This document shows positions 11,434 through 23,572 of a DNA stretch of 64,000 nt, in pieces; positions within the stretch are counted from its first letter, which is position 1, and each line of letters begins with the position of its first letter. The DNA is from an uncultured delta proteobacterium (GTDB taxonomy: Bacteria > Desulfobacterota > Desulfomonilia > UBA1062): NCBI GenBank assembly GCA_963785235.1, contig CAWAUM010000005.1, forward strand, positions 480,001 through 544,000, written 5' to 3'. The position numbers and the translations under genes are program-made. The notes beneath the pieces were generated by a model. The model did no database searches. It was given only the letters and a program-made list of their open reading frames with translations, and had not been told where the DNA came from.

Positions 11434-11708
11434 AATGCCACCTCCAAATCAAAAATAATCAATAGATTCCATACAGTTTTCGTGCAGTATGGATTTAAAA
11501 ATCACTACTGCTGCGACAAACATCTTCTTTCTGTTACCTCCCCACGGGGAATTCATAATTAACTATTTGGATTATATCGGCATGTTGATAATTTATTATT
11601 ACAAGTCTACTTGCGGGATCTCTTCATTACCCATATAACATATCTTCAGAACTTATTGCAGATTTCCCAGCATTTCAATTCAAGAAATAAAGGAAGACGA
11701 CTAGTCAC

Positions 11709-12665
11709 ATGAAAGTGCTCTTTACCGCTGATCTTCACGGCCGGCGCAATCTTATTGAAGACATGATGGAGATCGCACTCAAAGAAAGAGTGGATTGTAT
11801 TATTCTCGGCGGCGATATCCTCCCCACGCTGATCCCCAACCCCTTAGCCCTCATCAACGGCCACGCCGATTTTCAGGATGATCTCAACGGCCAGCTTCGT
11901 TTTGTCGAAGACTACCTTGCCCCGGTTTTTTCTTCCTTCCAATCATCAAACCCCGGCATTAAAACCCTGTACATTCCGGGCAACCATGGCTGGATACCTG
12001 CTGTAGAGAGTTTAATCAAAGCCCTTCCGCATCTCGCGTGCATCCATGGAAAAACAGTGTACCTGGATGGTCTTGCCTTTTTCGGTTATGCCTGCGTGAC
12101 GGATTCGACATTCTGGGTAAAGGATTTTGCGCGAAGGGATTGTAAGAATGATACCCATGTGCCGAGCAAGTTTGCCATTGTGAGCGATACGGACAGGCTT
12201 GCGGTAAGCCCAGATGGTGACTACGCAATAAAAAACCCAAGTATCGCAGAAGACCTTTCAGGGATTTCCTTTGACAACCCCGCTAAGACCATCTGTGTGT
12301 TCCACTGCCCTCCATATGATACCGGTCTCGACACCCTGCACAACTACAAGCCAATCGGTTCCAGGGCCATCAGAGATTTTCTCGAAAGAACCCAGCCCAT
12401 GGTGAGCCTGCATGGACACATCCACGAATCCCCCTACATGTCAGGTGTTTATAAAGCCCAAATCGGCAGATGTCTGGCAATAAATCCGGGCCAAGCGCCT
12501 AACAGGCTTCATGCAGTAATATTCGACACCCACGACCCGGGTCAAACCATGATACACACCCTTTTCGGCCGTACCATGCTCCATAAAGGCCTGTATAAGA
12601 ATAGACCTGAGCGTTTCATGCGCAAGATCAAGGCCTTTTTCATGGATACTGTGCTCAGGGGGTGA
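11709..12665 (+). CDS. Metallophosphoesterase (Icc/calcineurin-like)
   Basis: ADLHG, LGGD, PGNH, HCPP and HGHIHE motifs. Confidence 0.85.
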   Translation: MKVLFTADLHGRRNLIEDMMEIALKERVDCIILGGDILPTLIPNPLALINGHADFQDDLNGQLRFVEDYLAPVFSSFQSSNPGIKTLYIPGNHGWIPAVESLIKALPHLACIHGKTVYLDGLAFFGYACVTDSTFWVKDFARRDCKNDTHVPSKFAIVSDTDRLAVSPDGDYAIKNPSIAEDLSGISFDNPAKTICVFHCPPYDTGLDTLHNYKPIGSRAIRDFLERTQPMVSLHGHIHESPYMSGVYKAQIGRCLAINPGQAPNRLHAVIFDTHDPGQTMIHTLFGRTMLHKGLYKNRPERFMRKIKAFFMDTVLRG

Positions 12666-12723
12666 TAGAAGAGATCAAAAATTATCGCCGAAAATTATAA
12701 TTTGATGAGTTAAGCAGATTCGC

Positions 12724-12815
12724 TCAAAAGCTTTCCAGATGAGGTTTACATTCCTCGGCTGCATATAATGTATTCTTTCGGACTACTTGATTGAGCTGCT
12801 GGGTGATGTTCAGGA
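12724..12815 (-). pseudogene. Decayed fragment of an MCP C-terminal methylation helix
   Basis: NITQQLNQVVRKNTLYAAEE resembles [19 protein letters not shown] of the neighbouring MCP. Confidence 0.55.
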
Positions 12816-12907
12816 AACCAAAGTATTGGGTAGCCCTGCCCACAGAGGGATCGCCTCCTCCATACGGTTTATATGAGCAGGTCCACCATGTCTGCCGTGC
12901 CGGAGTT

Positions 12908-13390
12908 CTATCCGGCCTGGTTGACAATGGACAATTCCTCAAGCGAAAACACCTTGTCGATGTCCAGAATCATGACGAATTCCTCATCCCGCTTGCCCAT
13001 ACCCTTGATAAAATCGGTATTGAGCTTTTTCCCGATCTTGGGAGCCGGATCGATACTCCCGGGCTCGAGTTCCATAACCTCATGCACCGAGTCAGCCAGA
13101 ACCCCGAGCACCACCTGATCTCCCTCGATATCCACCTCCCCAATGATGATGCGGGTATTCACCGTCTTTTGTGTATCCTTGATATTGAATTTCTTGTTGA
13201 GGTCCACTACCGGCACCACAGTGCCCCGTAGGTTGATCACCCCTTTCATGAAATCGGGCGTCTGGGGCACCTTGGTGATCTTTGTGAAGTCGAGTACTTC
13301 CCTCACCTTGGAGATGTCCAGGGCAAAATCCTCTTCGTCAAGCTTAAATGAGAGGTATTGCCTGGTTTCTATTATTCCTTTCACACTCAT
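12908..13390 (-). CDS. cheW: Chemotaxis coupling protein CheW
   Basis: QYLSFKL, VREVL, ITKVPQTPDFMKGVINLRGTVVPVVDL, LGVLADSVHEV. Confidence 0.96.
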   Translation of the reverse strand: MSVKGIIETRQYLSFKLDEEDFALDISKVREVLDFTKITKVPQTPDFMKGVINLRGTVVPVVDLNKKFNIKDTQKTVNTRIIIGEVDIEGDQVVLGVLADSVHEVMELEPGSIDPAPKIGKKLNTDFIKGMGKRDEEFVMILDIDKVFSLEELSIVNQAG

Positions 13391-13528
13391 GGGTTTCTCC
13401 TTGTTCCGTTTATAGGTTCGTCTCCAACGTAGCAGGACAACAAAATGTGTTTGTATCGTATAGAAGTCCCGGCATGGTTTTGTGCATATGGCTGTCTTTC
13501 ATGCGCGGCCCCTCATGAACCGTATTGA

Positions 13529-15218
13529 TCAATATTTCTCGAAATCATCATCGCTGGCATCACCGGTGGTCTCATGGTCGCTCAGATCGATGAGCACCCC
13601 AGCATGTCGGCCGGCACCATCGCCTCTGCCGCCCCTGAGGAACTTTGGGTCATTATGGCTTACACTGAAAATGTGTGCCTTGGCCGGGGCGTGAGAGGCC
13701 TTGGTCTTTCTGGATGCGGTCGTGTTTTTTCTTGTGCCGCCCTTGTCGATCTTGAAGAAGGAGATGGCCTCCTGGAGCTGCATGGCCTGGCTTGAGAGCT
13801 CTTCCGATGTGGAGGACATCTCCTCGGCTGCCGATGAGTTCTGCTGGACCACCTGGTTGAGCTGCTGGATGGCGGAGTTGATCTGCTCCGCCCCGGTGTT
13901 CTGCTCATTGCTCGCTGCAGTGATCTCCTGGACAAGCTGGGCGGTCTTCTGGATATCGGGCACGATCTGTCCGAGAAGCTTGCCGGCCTTTTCGGCCACG
14001 TGCAACACTGTTCACCGAGAGCTTGCTGATCTCGCCTGCGGCTTCTGCGGAACGTTCTGCAAGGCGCCTCACTGCTGCAGCTACTACGGCAAAACCCTTG
14101 CCGTGTTCTCCGGCCCGGGCTGCTTCAATGGCGGCGTTCAGGGCCAGAAGATCGGTCTGTCGTGCGATCTCTTCCACAATGGCTATCTTGTTTGCTATGG
14201 TCTTCATGGCGGATACAGTCTCTTCCACAGCCTTGCCGCCCTCGCGGGCATCTTCTGCCGACTTGACGGCGATCTTCTCGGTCTGCTGGGCATTGTCAGC
14301 ATTCTGCCGGATATTGGATACCATCTCTTCCATGGAGGAGGATGCTTCTTCTGCGGCCGATGCCTGTTCGGAAGCGCCCTGGGACATCTCCTCGGCAGTA
14401 GAGCTCATCTGCTCGCTTCCTGATGCCACGTTGTCCGCTGCGTTGTGGACATCGGTAATAATCACACGCATTTTCTTGGTCATATTTCTCATGGCATCGG
14501 CGAGCTGACCAATCTCATCCTTCTGATTCAAATCAAGCTCATGAGTAAAATCCCCTTCAGAGATCTTTTTCGCGAACTCGATAGATTCGATAAGGGGTTT
14601 AGAAACATTGCGTCGAATGAAAAAGATGGTAGCTGCCAGAACAACTGCTACCATCAATAAAGTGACTACAATAATAAGGGTAATGAGTTTATCGAATGAT
14701 TTGTAAAACTCGCTCTTCAAGATACCGGTATAGAGAACTCCTATTATTTCTCCTTTATTATTAAGAATCGGATCATATGCGGTAAAGAATTTATTTCCCA
14801 AAATGTCAGCTTCACCCCGGTATGGTTTCTTATCACGGAATATCGAATCATAGGCATCACCAACGAGCTTTGTGCCTATTGCTCGACCTCCATCAGGTTT
14901 CATTACATTGGTGGATACCCTTTCATCTCGCATGAATATGGTGGCTGTTCCTCCACAGAGTTCCTTCAACTTGTCAGGCAATTCAAAATTATTGTTGATG
15001 GTATATTCTCCGACCATCATCTTATCTTCAAGAATTCTGAATTCATCGCCTTTCTGCGCAAGCAAATCTCTTAATACATTCATCCTCGTTTCCTGGTTGG
15101 CAAAAGCGATTCGCTTTAATTCCTTGTTTATATTTACAAGGCAGACAGATACGACTAAGAGAACAATAATAATTGTGGAACTTGTTGTGAGAGTGATGAG
15201 TTTCGTGTTAATTTTCAT
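13529..15218 (-). CDS. Methyl-accepting chemotaxis protein (Cache sensor, HAMP, signalling domain), frameshift near 14005
   Basis: TM-Cache ([14 protein letters not shown]...RAIGT)-TM-HAMP (KDEIGQL), then [30 protein letters not shown]. The C-terminus in the second frame ends DDDFEKY, a CheR/CheB-tethering-like pentapeptide. Confidence 0.93.
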
Positions 15219-15364
15219 TTCTATCTCCTCTTCCGATCAAGGTTCGGTGGTATTCAATCAGGATACTGATGGGTTACCCCGGTACTGATCTTGTCGGTAC
15301 AACTATGACCAGTGGCTGATAACCAGTGGCTGCAGCATCAGCATCTGTTTGTTTTTTGATTATG

Positions 15365-15372
15365 TTATCGGC
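15365..15372 (-). promoter_or_regulatory. Possible sigma28 (FliA) -10 element upstream of the MCP
   Basis: GCCGATAA on the minus strand about 150 bp upstream of the MCP start; the -35 match is poor. Confidence 0.35.
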
Positions 15373-15503
15373 ATAAAAACCATAAAAATAAACATTAATA
15401 TAATCATCTACAGGCCCTTACTGCCTGTAATTGAAGGGGCTTCATTATGGTTTACGCGGATGCCCCGGATTTAAGACCTCAGGCATGAAAGATTCCTATG
15501 CGC

Positions 15504-16472
15504 TTACCAGTGAACCTTTAACTCCGAGATGATTGCGGTGATCAGTTCATGAGGCACTACATCAAAGGAAGGATTGAATACTCTCACCCGTGGGGCGCTC
15601 TGTGTTCCATGGAAAAAAAGTACCTCATCTGCGTCACGTTCCTCAATGGTTATATCATCCCCCGTGGGGGTTAACGGATCAAAGGTTGACCTGGGCGCTG
15701 CAATATAGAATGGTATTCCATGGGCACGTGCAAGAACTGCCAATGAATAGCTGCCTACCTTATTGGCAGTATCATGGTTGCAGGCGATCCTGTCAGCCCC
15801 CACGATCACGGCATCGACCTGTCCTTGCTTCATGAGCCAACCTGCCATACTGTCGGTGATGAGCGTGCAGGGTATGGTGTCGTTTTTCAGCTCATATGCC
15901 GTTATCCTTGCACCCTGAAGCAATGGCCTTGTCTCATCAACATATACCATCTTGAGCTTGTGCTGCTCATGGAGCCTTCGGATGACCCCGATGGCAGTCC
16001 CGATTCCTCCGGTAGCAAGGGAACCGGCATTGCAGTGAGTCAGCACGGAATATTCTTTGCCCTGTTCGAACAAACTTGCACCAAGCACCGCCATTGACTC
16101 GTTTGCTTCAATCTCTTCTTGCCAGATGGCCTGTGCTTCTTGCTGAAGCCTTTCCAGAAGATGTCTTTCAGCCGTGGATGCGATCGAAGAAAGACAACGT
16201 TTAACCGCCCAGGCAAGATTAACAGCCGTGGGCCTTGCATTGATAAGGCTTTCTGCAGCCTTTTCCACATGAATCCTACCCTTTGATGCTTCCAGCACAA
16301 GCCCGAATGAGGCGGCAATGCCAATGGCAGGTGCACCTCTTACGGCCAGCGTTTTAATGGCCTGGACAACTTCATTGGATGATGTGCAGGCAATCCATGT
16401 CTCTTCCAGCGGAAGCCGCCTCTGATCGAGTATGTAAAATATTTTATCCTTAAAGTAAAATGGCCTGATCAT
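15504..16472 (-). CDS. mtnA: S-methyl-5-thioribose-1-phosphate isomerase
   Basis: LDQRRLP, VRGAPAIG, RPTAVNL, LTHCNAGSLAT, DETRPLLQGAR, GADRI, ANKVG. Confidence 0.95.
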   Translation of the reverse strand: MIRPFYFKDKIFYILDQRRLPLEETWIACTSSNEVVQAIKTLAVRGAPAIGIAASFGLVLEASKGRIHVEKAAESLINARPTAVNLAWAVKRCLSSIASTAERHLLERLQQEAQAIWQEEIEANESMAVLGASLFEQGKEYSVLTHCNAGSLATGGIGTAIGVIRRLHEQHKLKMVYVDETRPLLQGARITAYELKNDTIPCTLITDSMAGWLMKQGQVDAVIVGADRIACNHDTANKVGSYSLAVLARAHGIPFYIAAPRSTFDPLTPTGDDITIEERDADEVLFFHGTQSAPRVRVFNPSFDVVPHELITAIISELKVHW

Positions 16473-17903
16473 CTAGGATAAGAGTTCCTTAACTAACTCA
16501 CCGGCAACCTTGGGGTTGGCCTTGCCTTTGCTTTTTTTCATGACCTCGCCCACAAAAAAGCCCAGCAGCTGGTGCTTGCCGGCATGGTACTGGGTTACCT
16601 CCTTGGGGTTGGCTTCAATGATCTCACTGATGATTCTTTTCAATGAATCCTCGTCACTCACCTGCTCAAGACCCAGTTCTTTAATTATTTCCCGAGCGCT
16701 CCTTCCGGTGTCTGCCATTTTGGTGAGTATCTCCTTTGCCATAAGGCCCGAGACTATGCCATTTTTCATAAATTCCAGGAGCCCTGTGAGCATGGCAGGC
16801 GTCACTTTCAAATCATTAATTTCTATACCTTTTTCATTGAGGACGCGCAGGACCTCGGACATTATCCAGTTGCTGATTTCTTTTGGTGAATTCAGCAGAC
16901 TGACACACTGCTCGAAATAATCCGCCATAGATCTGGTCTGGGTAAGCTGCTCTGCATCATAGGCCCGAATGCCATACTCTTGCACGAACCGCCGGCGTTT
17001 TGCCTCCGGCAGCTCAGGCATTGAGCCGGCTATTCTTTTGATCCATGCATCATCAATGAAAACAGGGATGAGGTCGGGATCGGGGAAATAACGGTAATCA
17101 TGACTTTCTTCCTTGGACCTCATGGGCTGTGTCTTATTCTGTGATGTATTCCACAGAAGGGTTTCCTGAATAACATCCATGCCTGCTTCGCCACGTTGTG
17201 TCTGCCTGGCAATCTCGTATTCCAAGGCCCTCTGCACATTCCTGAACGAGTTCATGTTTTTGAGCTCTGTGCGTGTCCCGAGCCGGTCTGAGCCCTTTCT
17301 CATAACCGATATATTTGCGTCACACCTCAAAGATCCCTCTTCCATGCTTCCGTCGCATATTTCCAGGTACATGAGGATCTGCCGCAATTCCTTCAGATAG
17401 GCCACTGCCTCCTGGGTAGTCGATATATCCGGCTCGGTCACAATTTCAAGCAACGGCACACCGGCACGGTTAAAGTCGATATAAGATACGGGTTTTGTCT
17501 CGTCATGTATGCTTTTGCCCGCATCTTCCTCCATGTGGATGCGCCTGATGCGTATGCTTTTCTTCACACCGTCCGCCTCGATGACCAGGTGGCCGTTACT
17601 GCATAACGGGTTCTCGTATTGAGTAATCTGGTAGCCCTTTGGCAGGTCAGGGTAGAAGTAATTCTTTCTGGCGAACACATTGTGTGTTTCTATCGTGCAC
17701 CCCAGGGCAAGACCAAGCTTGATCCCCAAGTCCACAACCTTTCTGTTCAACACGGGCAGTACACCCGGCATGCCCATGCAGACAGGGCATGTATTTGTAT
17801 TTGGGCTGTACACGGAGGCAGCTGAACATGGACAGAATATCTTGGATTCTGTCAGGAGCTGTGCATGAACCTCCAGACCGATGACCTCAACAAAGTCATT
17901 CAC
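16473..17903 (-). CDS. gatB: Asp/Glu-tRNA amidotransferase subunit B
   Basis: [53 protein letters not shown]. Confidence 0.98.
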   Translation of the reverse strand: MNDFVEVIGLEVHAQLLTESKIFCPCSAASVYSPNTNTCPVCMGMPGVLPVLNRKVVDLGIKLGLALGCTIETHNVFARKNYFYPDLPKGYQITQYENPLCSNGHLVIEADGVKKSIRIRRIHMEEDAGKSIHDETKPVSYIDFNRAGVPLLEIVTEPDISTTQEAVAYLKELRQILMYLEICDGSMEEGSLRCDANISVMRKGSDRLGTRTELKNMNSFRNVQRALEYEIARQTQRGEAGMDVIQETLLWNTSQNKTQPMRSKEESHDYRYFPDPDLIPVFIDDAWIKRIAGSMPELPEAKRRRFVQEYGIRAYDAEQLTQTRSMADYFEQCVSLLNSPKEISNWIMSEVLRVLNEKGIEINDLKVTPAMLTGLLEFMKNGIVSGLMAKEILTKMADTGRSAREIIKELGLEQVSDEDSLKRIISEIIEANPKEVTQYHAGKHQLLGFFVGEVMKKSKGKANPKVAGELVKELLS

Positions 17904-19321
17904 GGTCTCACCTCGTGGAATTTCGTGTGCTCCTGGAAGGTCATTGCAGCGCCCAGGAGAACATGGTCCATAAAGGCCGGCGCCATAAGCTGGAGCCCGA
18001 TGGGCATCCCATTATCGCCGAACCCGCACGGTATGCTCAACGCAGGAATACCTGAAAGATTTGCAGGGATGGTGTAGATGTCCAGGAGATAGATACTCAA
18101 CGGATCATCAATCATTTCGTCAAGACCGAAGGCGGTCACCGGAACGGTTGGGCCTGCAATGATGTCGCAGACCTCGAAGGCTTTCCGGAAATCATCGACA
18201 ATGAGCGTCCGTACCTGTGAAGCCTTTCGGAAGTATGCATCGTAATAGCCTGCAGACAAAACATAGGTTCCGAGCATGATCCGGCGTTTCACCTCCGCGT
18301 TGAATCCTCTTGCCCTTGTCTCGCAGTACATATCGAAGAGGTCCTTCTCATCACCATGCCGGATGCCATATCGTACGCCGTCGTATCGCGCAAGGTTGGA
18401 ACTGGCCTCTGCAGGGGCTATGATATAGTACACGGCCACTCCATACTTGATATGGGGAAGATCAATGGGAACAATCTTGGCGCCGAGCTCCTGAAAAACA
18501 CCAATGGAATACCTCACAGAGCGCTCCACATCACGGGCTAGGCCATCGGAAAAGAAGATATCTGGGACACCTATCCGGATTCCATGCATATCGATTCCAT
18601 CAAAAGAAGTTGCTGCATATTCACGTGGTACGCTTGTGGAATCCCGCTGGTCATAGCCTTTTATGGCATCGAACAGAACGGCAACATCGCGGGCGCTGCG
18701 GCCCATAGGACCGATCTGATCCAGGGACGAGGCAAAGGCCACAAGCCCGTAGCGAGACACGGCCCCATTGGTCGGTTTCAGCCCGGTAATACCGCAGAAA
18801 CTCGCTGGCTGGCGGACAGACCCGCCAGTGTCTGATCCAAGCGCTCCTGCACACAACCCTGCAGCTACGGCAGCAGCGGATCCCCCACTTGAGCCTCCAG
18901 GTGTTCTTTTTTCATCCCAGGGATTCTTTGTGGGGCCGATGTTGCTCGTTGTCGTGGTGGAGCCCATGGCAAACTCGTCCAGATTGGTCTTTCCGACGAT
19001 GATGGCCCCGCGTTGCTTCAGCTGTTCAATGACATGAGCATCATAGGTTGGAACATAGTTTTTCAGGATATCCGATGAACAGGTAGTTCGTATTTCCTTG
19101 GTACTTATATTGTCTTTGACGGCTATGGGGATGCCCAGCAGCAAATCTTCATCTCCATGCAGAATTGCCTTACCCGAAAGCACTGCCTGTTGAAGCGCAC
19201 CATCTTCATTCACCGTGACAAAGGCATTAAGAGGGTCACTCTTGATGCGCACCAAGAGTTTCTCAATGTGCTTTCTGGGTGTTACACCATCATTACGGTA
19301 GATGCGTGCAGTATCCAGCAT
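17900..19321 (-). CDS. gatA: Asp/Glu-tRNA amidotransferase subunit A
   Basis: [56 protein letters not shown]. Confidence 0.97.
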   Translation of the reverse strand: MLDTARIYRNDGVTPRKHIEKLLVRIKSDPLNAFVTVNEDGALQQAVLSGKAILHGDEDLLLGIPIAVKDNISTKEIRTTCSSDILKNYVPTYDAHVIEQLKQRGAIIVGKTNLDEFAMGSTTTTSNIGPTKNPWDEKRTPGGSSGGSAAAVAAGLCAGALGSDTGGSVRQPASFCGITGLKPTNGAVSRYGLVAFASSLDQIGPMGRSARDVAVLFDAIKGYDQRDSTSVPREYAATSFDGIDMHGIRIGVPDIFFSDGLARDVERSVRYSIGVFQELGAKIVPIDLPHIKYGVAVYYIIAPAEASSNLARYDGVRYGIRHGDEKDLFDMYCETRARGFNAEVKRRIMLGTYVLSAGYYDAYFRKASQVRTLIVDDFRKAFEVCDIIAGPTVPVTAFGLDEMIDDPLSIYLLDIYTIPANLSGIPALSIPCGFGDNGMPIGLQLMAPAFMDHVLLGAAMTFQEHTKFHEVRP

Positions 19322-19329
19322 GACAGGCT

Positions 19330-19617
19330 TTATTCTATTACCTTAGGTACGACAAAGGTATTCTCGCTCATACACGGGGCATTGCGCTGTGTATCGCCAG
19401 AAGATTGTGATTGCTTGACAACATCATCCCTGAGGGCATTAATTATGGATTGGGCATGGAATGTCGGTTCTACACCGGTTGTGTCGACTCCTCCTAAAAT
19501 TTCCATATAGGAAAGGATTTCGCTCAGTTCTTTTTGGTATGATGCCGACTCCTGGGGTTCAAGTTTAAGACGTGCAAGACGGGCCACATGCAAAACATCA
19601 GCCTTGGTTATCTTCAC
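19330..19617 (-). CDS. gatC: Asp/Glu-tRNA amidotransferase subunit C
   Basis: VLHVARLARL, VDTTGVEPT, LRDD, FVVPKVIE; first gene of gatCAB. Confidence 0.95.
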   Translation of the reverse strand: MKITKADVLHVARLARLKLEPQESASYQKELSEILSYMEILGGVDTTGVEPTFHAQSIINALRDDVVKQSQSSGDTQRNAPCMSENTFVVPKVIE

Positions 19618-19793
19618 CTGCCCTCCCTTAAAAATCCAATTATAAGATATATATAATAAATGATGAATATCCTCAAGGATAGGGTTAACATTGAAAATAA
19701 TCTAGAAAACGATTGATAATTTTCTATAAGCCTTTTATAGTTGTGCGATTATTAGAGTCTAAGCATATTCATTATTCAATCGAGGGGGATTCC

Positions 19794-21615
19794 ATGACGA
19801 AGTTTGAAGAAAAATCCATTCCAGCTGTCTTTCAGAATCGTACGCAGCAATTTGGTCAAAGGGCAATTGTTGCCTATAAAAACAAGAGTGGAGTATATGA
19901 AGATATCTCCTGGAATACGATGCATGAGATGGTGCGTAACCTCGGATATTTTCTCCTTGCAAGAGGGGTAAAGCCCGGCGACAAGATCGCACTTTTCTCG
20001 CCTAACCGCTACGAGTGGTGGGTTGCTGATCTGGCCATCCTTTCCGTCGGGGCAGTGAACGTTCCCATCTATGCCACGAACTCTGCAGAAGAGTCACGGT
20101 ATGTCATTGAAAATTCCGATTCAAAGATGTGTTTCGTTGCCACCAAGGAGCACATGAAGAAAATCCTGGAGGTGAAATCCAAACTCCCGAACCTGGACGA
20201 AATCATCAGTTTTGACCCCCTGGATAATCCCATCGAAGGGGTAATCGAACTGACGGAAGCCCTGAAGGAAGGTGCAGCCAAGGCTAATGCAAAGGTATTT
20301 GACGAAAGGATCAATGCCATCAAGGGCCAGGACCTGGCAACACTCATCTACACTTCCGGAACCACCGGACCCCCGAAGGGCGTCATGCTCTCACACAACA
20401 ACTTTTTTGCCAATGTGAACCAGATCTACAATGTGGACCCCGAGTTGTTCAAGAGGGCTGACGAACTCACCTTCCTGTCTTTCCTGCCCCTTGCACATTC
20501 ATTTGAGCGCACCTGCGGTTACTACACCCCCATGTCACATGGAATGAAGGTATATCTTTGCAGAAGACTTCGCCAAGATCCTTGACAACTTCCAGGAGGT
20601 GAGGCCGGTATGTATCGTGAGCGTGCCAAGGCTTTACGAGAAGATACACTCAGGTATTGTGGCAAAGGTTTCTACCGCACCACCTGTAAAAAAGGCTATC
20701 TTCAACTGGGCTATGGGCATTGCAGCCCAGAACCTCCCCTATATTTGCAATGAGAGGCCCAGGACAGGCTGGTACGCCTTCAAATACAATCTGGCAAACA
20801 AGATCATTTTTTCCAAACTAAAATATGCCCTTGGGATGAATAAGCTCGAGTTCGCCTTTTCCGGCGGAGGTCCTTTGTCCGTATCCGATGCGGAATTTTT
20901 CCTGGGTATGGATATAACGGTTCTTGAAGGCTTCGGTCTTACTGAGACAACACCTGTAACCAATGCCAATAATCGTCACAAGATCAAACCCGGCACCGTC
21001 GGACCGACAGTGAAAGACACGCTGGTGAAGATCGGAGATGGCGGAGAACTCCTCATTAAGGGCCCACAGGTTATGATGGGGTATTATAAGAATCCGGAGG
21101 CAACAAAAGAGGCATTCACTGATGACGGCTTTTTCAGAACCGGCGATATCGCTGAGATTGATAAAGATGGTTATGTGAAGATCACAGGCCGTCTCAAGGA
21201 TATCATCGTCACATCCGGGGGCAAGAACATATCACCCCAGAATATCGAGAACAGCATGAAGACCTCTAAATATATTGAACAGGTTGCCATTATCGGAGAT
21301 AACCGGAAATATCTCTCCGCCCTCATCGTACCGGCATTTACCGAGCTTGAGGCCTGGGCAAAAAATAACGGCATCCAGTTTTCCTCCCGAATAGAGCTTA
21401 TAGAGAACCCCAAGGTCAAAGATCTCTTCACAAGGGAGATCGAAGAGAACATGAAGGACTATGCCAGGGTTGAACAGATTAGAAAATTTGCATTAATTGA
21501 AAAGGAATGGTCACAGGAAACCGATGAACTGACCCCTACACTCAAGCTCAAGCGCAGGGTCATTAATCAGAAATTCAACAACATTATAGAGAGCCTGTAT
21601 CCTCCGGAAGATTAG
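19794..21615 (+). CDS. Long-chain fatty-acid-CoA ligase (FadD15/FAA1-like), frameshift near 20555
   Basis: IYTSGTTGPPKGVML, SFLPLAHSFER, EGFGLTET, FRTGD, GRLKD, TPTLKLKR; split over two ORFs; colinear with the intact paralog downstream. Confidence 0.92.
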
Positions 21616-21705
21616 TGTATTGAAAAAAATTATTACATCTATTATATTAAGTAAATATTCAAAATTAGTACTTGCGACAATAATCTATTTGAGGAGGGTT
21701 ATCCT

Positions 21706-23517
21706 ATGGCAGAATTAAAAGAAACATCTATGGGCGCAGTTTTTCAGAATCGTGTCCAGAAATTCGGTGACAAGGCCCTGGTGAAGTATAAGAACAAGCA
21801 GGAAATATGGGAAGAGATCTCTTGGAACAAGATGAACGAAATGGTTCGTGATCTTGCTTTTTTCCTTATTAACAGGGGGATACAGCCCGGCGACAAGGTT
21901 GCCCTCTTCTCGCCGAACAGGTATGAGTGGTGGATTGCAGACCTTGCCATCATTTCCGTAGGCGCAGTAAATGTACCCATCTATTCTACAAATTCATCGG
22001 AAGAGTGCCGGTACGTTATCGATAACTCTGACTCCAAGATGTGTTTTGTAGGCACGAAAGAGCACATGGATAAAATCCTCCAGGCAAAGGGAAAGCTCCC
22101 GAACCTGGGTGATGTAATCCTCTTCGATGACCTCGACAAACCTGCAGGCGATGTTATTAACCTGAAGGATGCATTCAAGGAAGGCAAGGCATACAAGAAC
22201 AAAGACGAGTTCGAAAAGAGGCTCAAATCAATTAATTTTGAAGATGTAGCGACCATTATTTATACCTCTGGGACTACCGGAAATCCCAAAGGTGTCATGC
22301 TTACCCATAAGAATTTTGTCTCAAATGTTAACCAGGCTTATGACATTGCTCCTGATTTTTTAAAAGGGGACCATACCTTCCTGTCATTCCTTCCTCTGGC
22401 ACATTCACTTGAAAGGACAGTCGGCTACTATATACCCATTTTCCTTGGTCATAAGGTGGCTTTCGCCGAGAGCACGGAAAAGCTCCTTGCAAACTTCGGT
22501 GAAATCCGGCCCACCTTTCTTGTCAGCGTTCCTCGCATCTATGAAAAGGTGCATTCCGGTATCACTGCCAAGGTCGCAAATGCCTCGCCTGTCAAGAAGG
22601 CCCTGTTCGGCTGGGCCATGGGAATTGCAAAGGATAACCTGCCCTACATATGCAACGACAAACCTAGGACCGGCTGGTTTGCATTCAAATACAACCTTGC
22701 CAACAAGCTTATTTTCAGCAAGCTCAAGATAGCTCTAGGAATGGATAAACTACATGGAGCCCTTTCCGGAGGAGGCCCCCTGTCCGTGTCAGATGCAGAA
22801 TTTTTCCTTGGCATGGGCATCAAGGTCCTTGAGGGCTTCGGGCTTACTGAGACAACCCCTATCACCAACGGGAATAAGCCCAACAAAATCAAGCCTGGTA
22901 CTGTTGGCATAGCGGTGAAGGATACCATAATCAAGATCGGCGAAGGCGGCGAGGTTCTGATTAAAGGCCCACAGGTTATGAAGGGTTACTACAAGAACGA
23001 GGCTGCTACCAAAGAGGCCTTTACCTCGGACGGTTTTTTCCGTACCGGAGACATCGGTGAAATCGACAATGATGGCTACCTCAAGATCACCGGACGGATC
23101 AAGGATCTGATCGTCACCTCCGGCGGTAAAAATATTTCTCCTCAGAATATTGAGAATGCCCTCATGACATCACGATTCATCGAGCAGGTGGCGGTAATCG
23201 GCGATAACAGGAAATACCTCTCAGCCCTTATCGTGCCATCGTTTGCAGCCCTGGAGCCTTGGGCAAATGAGAATAACATCACCTTCACGGGCAGGAAGGA
23301 CCTGATTGCGAAGCCCGAGATCCAGAAGCTTTATGAGACTGAACTTGTCGAGAATATGAAGGACTATGCACGTGTTGAACAGATCAGGAAGTTCACCCTG
23401 CTGGAGACTGAATGGTCACAGGATACCGGTGAGATGACACCTACCATGAAGGTCAAGAGAAAGGTGATCAACCAGAAGTACGGTCCGGTAATCGAGGCAA
23501 TGTATCCCCCGGAATAA
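21706..23517 (+). CDS. Long-chain fatty-acid-CoA ligase (tandem paralog)
   Basis: IYTSGTTGNPKG, EGFGLTET, FRTGD, TPTMKVKR. Confidence 0.94.
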   Translation: MAELKETSMGAVFQNRVQKFGDKALVKYKNKQEIWEEISWNKMNEMVRDLAFFLINRGIQPGDKVALFSPNRYEWWIADLAIISVGAVNVPIYSTNSSEECRYVIDNSDSKMCFVGTKEHMDKILQAKGKLPNLGDVILFDDLDKPAGDVINLKDAFKEGKAYKNKDEFEKRLKSINFEDVATIIYTSGTTGNPKGVMLTHKNFVSNVNQAYDIAPDFLKGDHTFLSFLPLAHSLERTVGYYIPIFLGHKVAFAESTEKLLANFGEIRPTFLVSVPRIYEKVHSGITAKVANASPVKKALFGWAMGIAKDNLPYICNDKPRTGWFAFKYNLANKLIFSKLKIALGMDKLHGALSGGGPLSVSDAEFFLGMGIKVLEGFGLTETTPITNGNKPNKIKPGTVGIAVKDTIIKIGEGGEVLIKGPQVMKGYYKNEAATKEAFTSDGFFRTGDIGEIDNDGYLKITGRIKDLIVTSGGKNISPQNIENALMTSRFIEQVAVIGDNRKYLSALIVPSFAALEPWANENNITFTGRKDLIAKPEIQKLYETELVENMKDYARVEQIRKFTLLETEWSQDTGEMTPTMKVKRKVINQKYGPVIEAMYPPE

Positions 23518-23537
23518 GGGATCAGACGAATAAGTAT

Positions 23538-23572
23538 AAAAGGCGGAGGCTTAATGCCTCCGCCTTTTTTTT
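23538..23572 (+). terminator. Rho-independent terminator (possibly bidirectional)
   Basis: aaaaggcggaggc-ttaat-gcctccgcc followed by a T-run. Confidence 0.9.

Noticed and set aside
11574-11581. GCCGATAT as a sigma28 promoter
   Set aside because: No TAAA at the right spacing, and the downstream gene is not motility-related.
15308-15332. Direct repeat ACCAGTGGCTG x2 in the MCP leader as a c-di-GMP riboswitch
   Set aside because: The GEMM consensus elements were not recognisable; it is only a short duplication.
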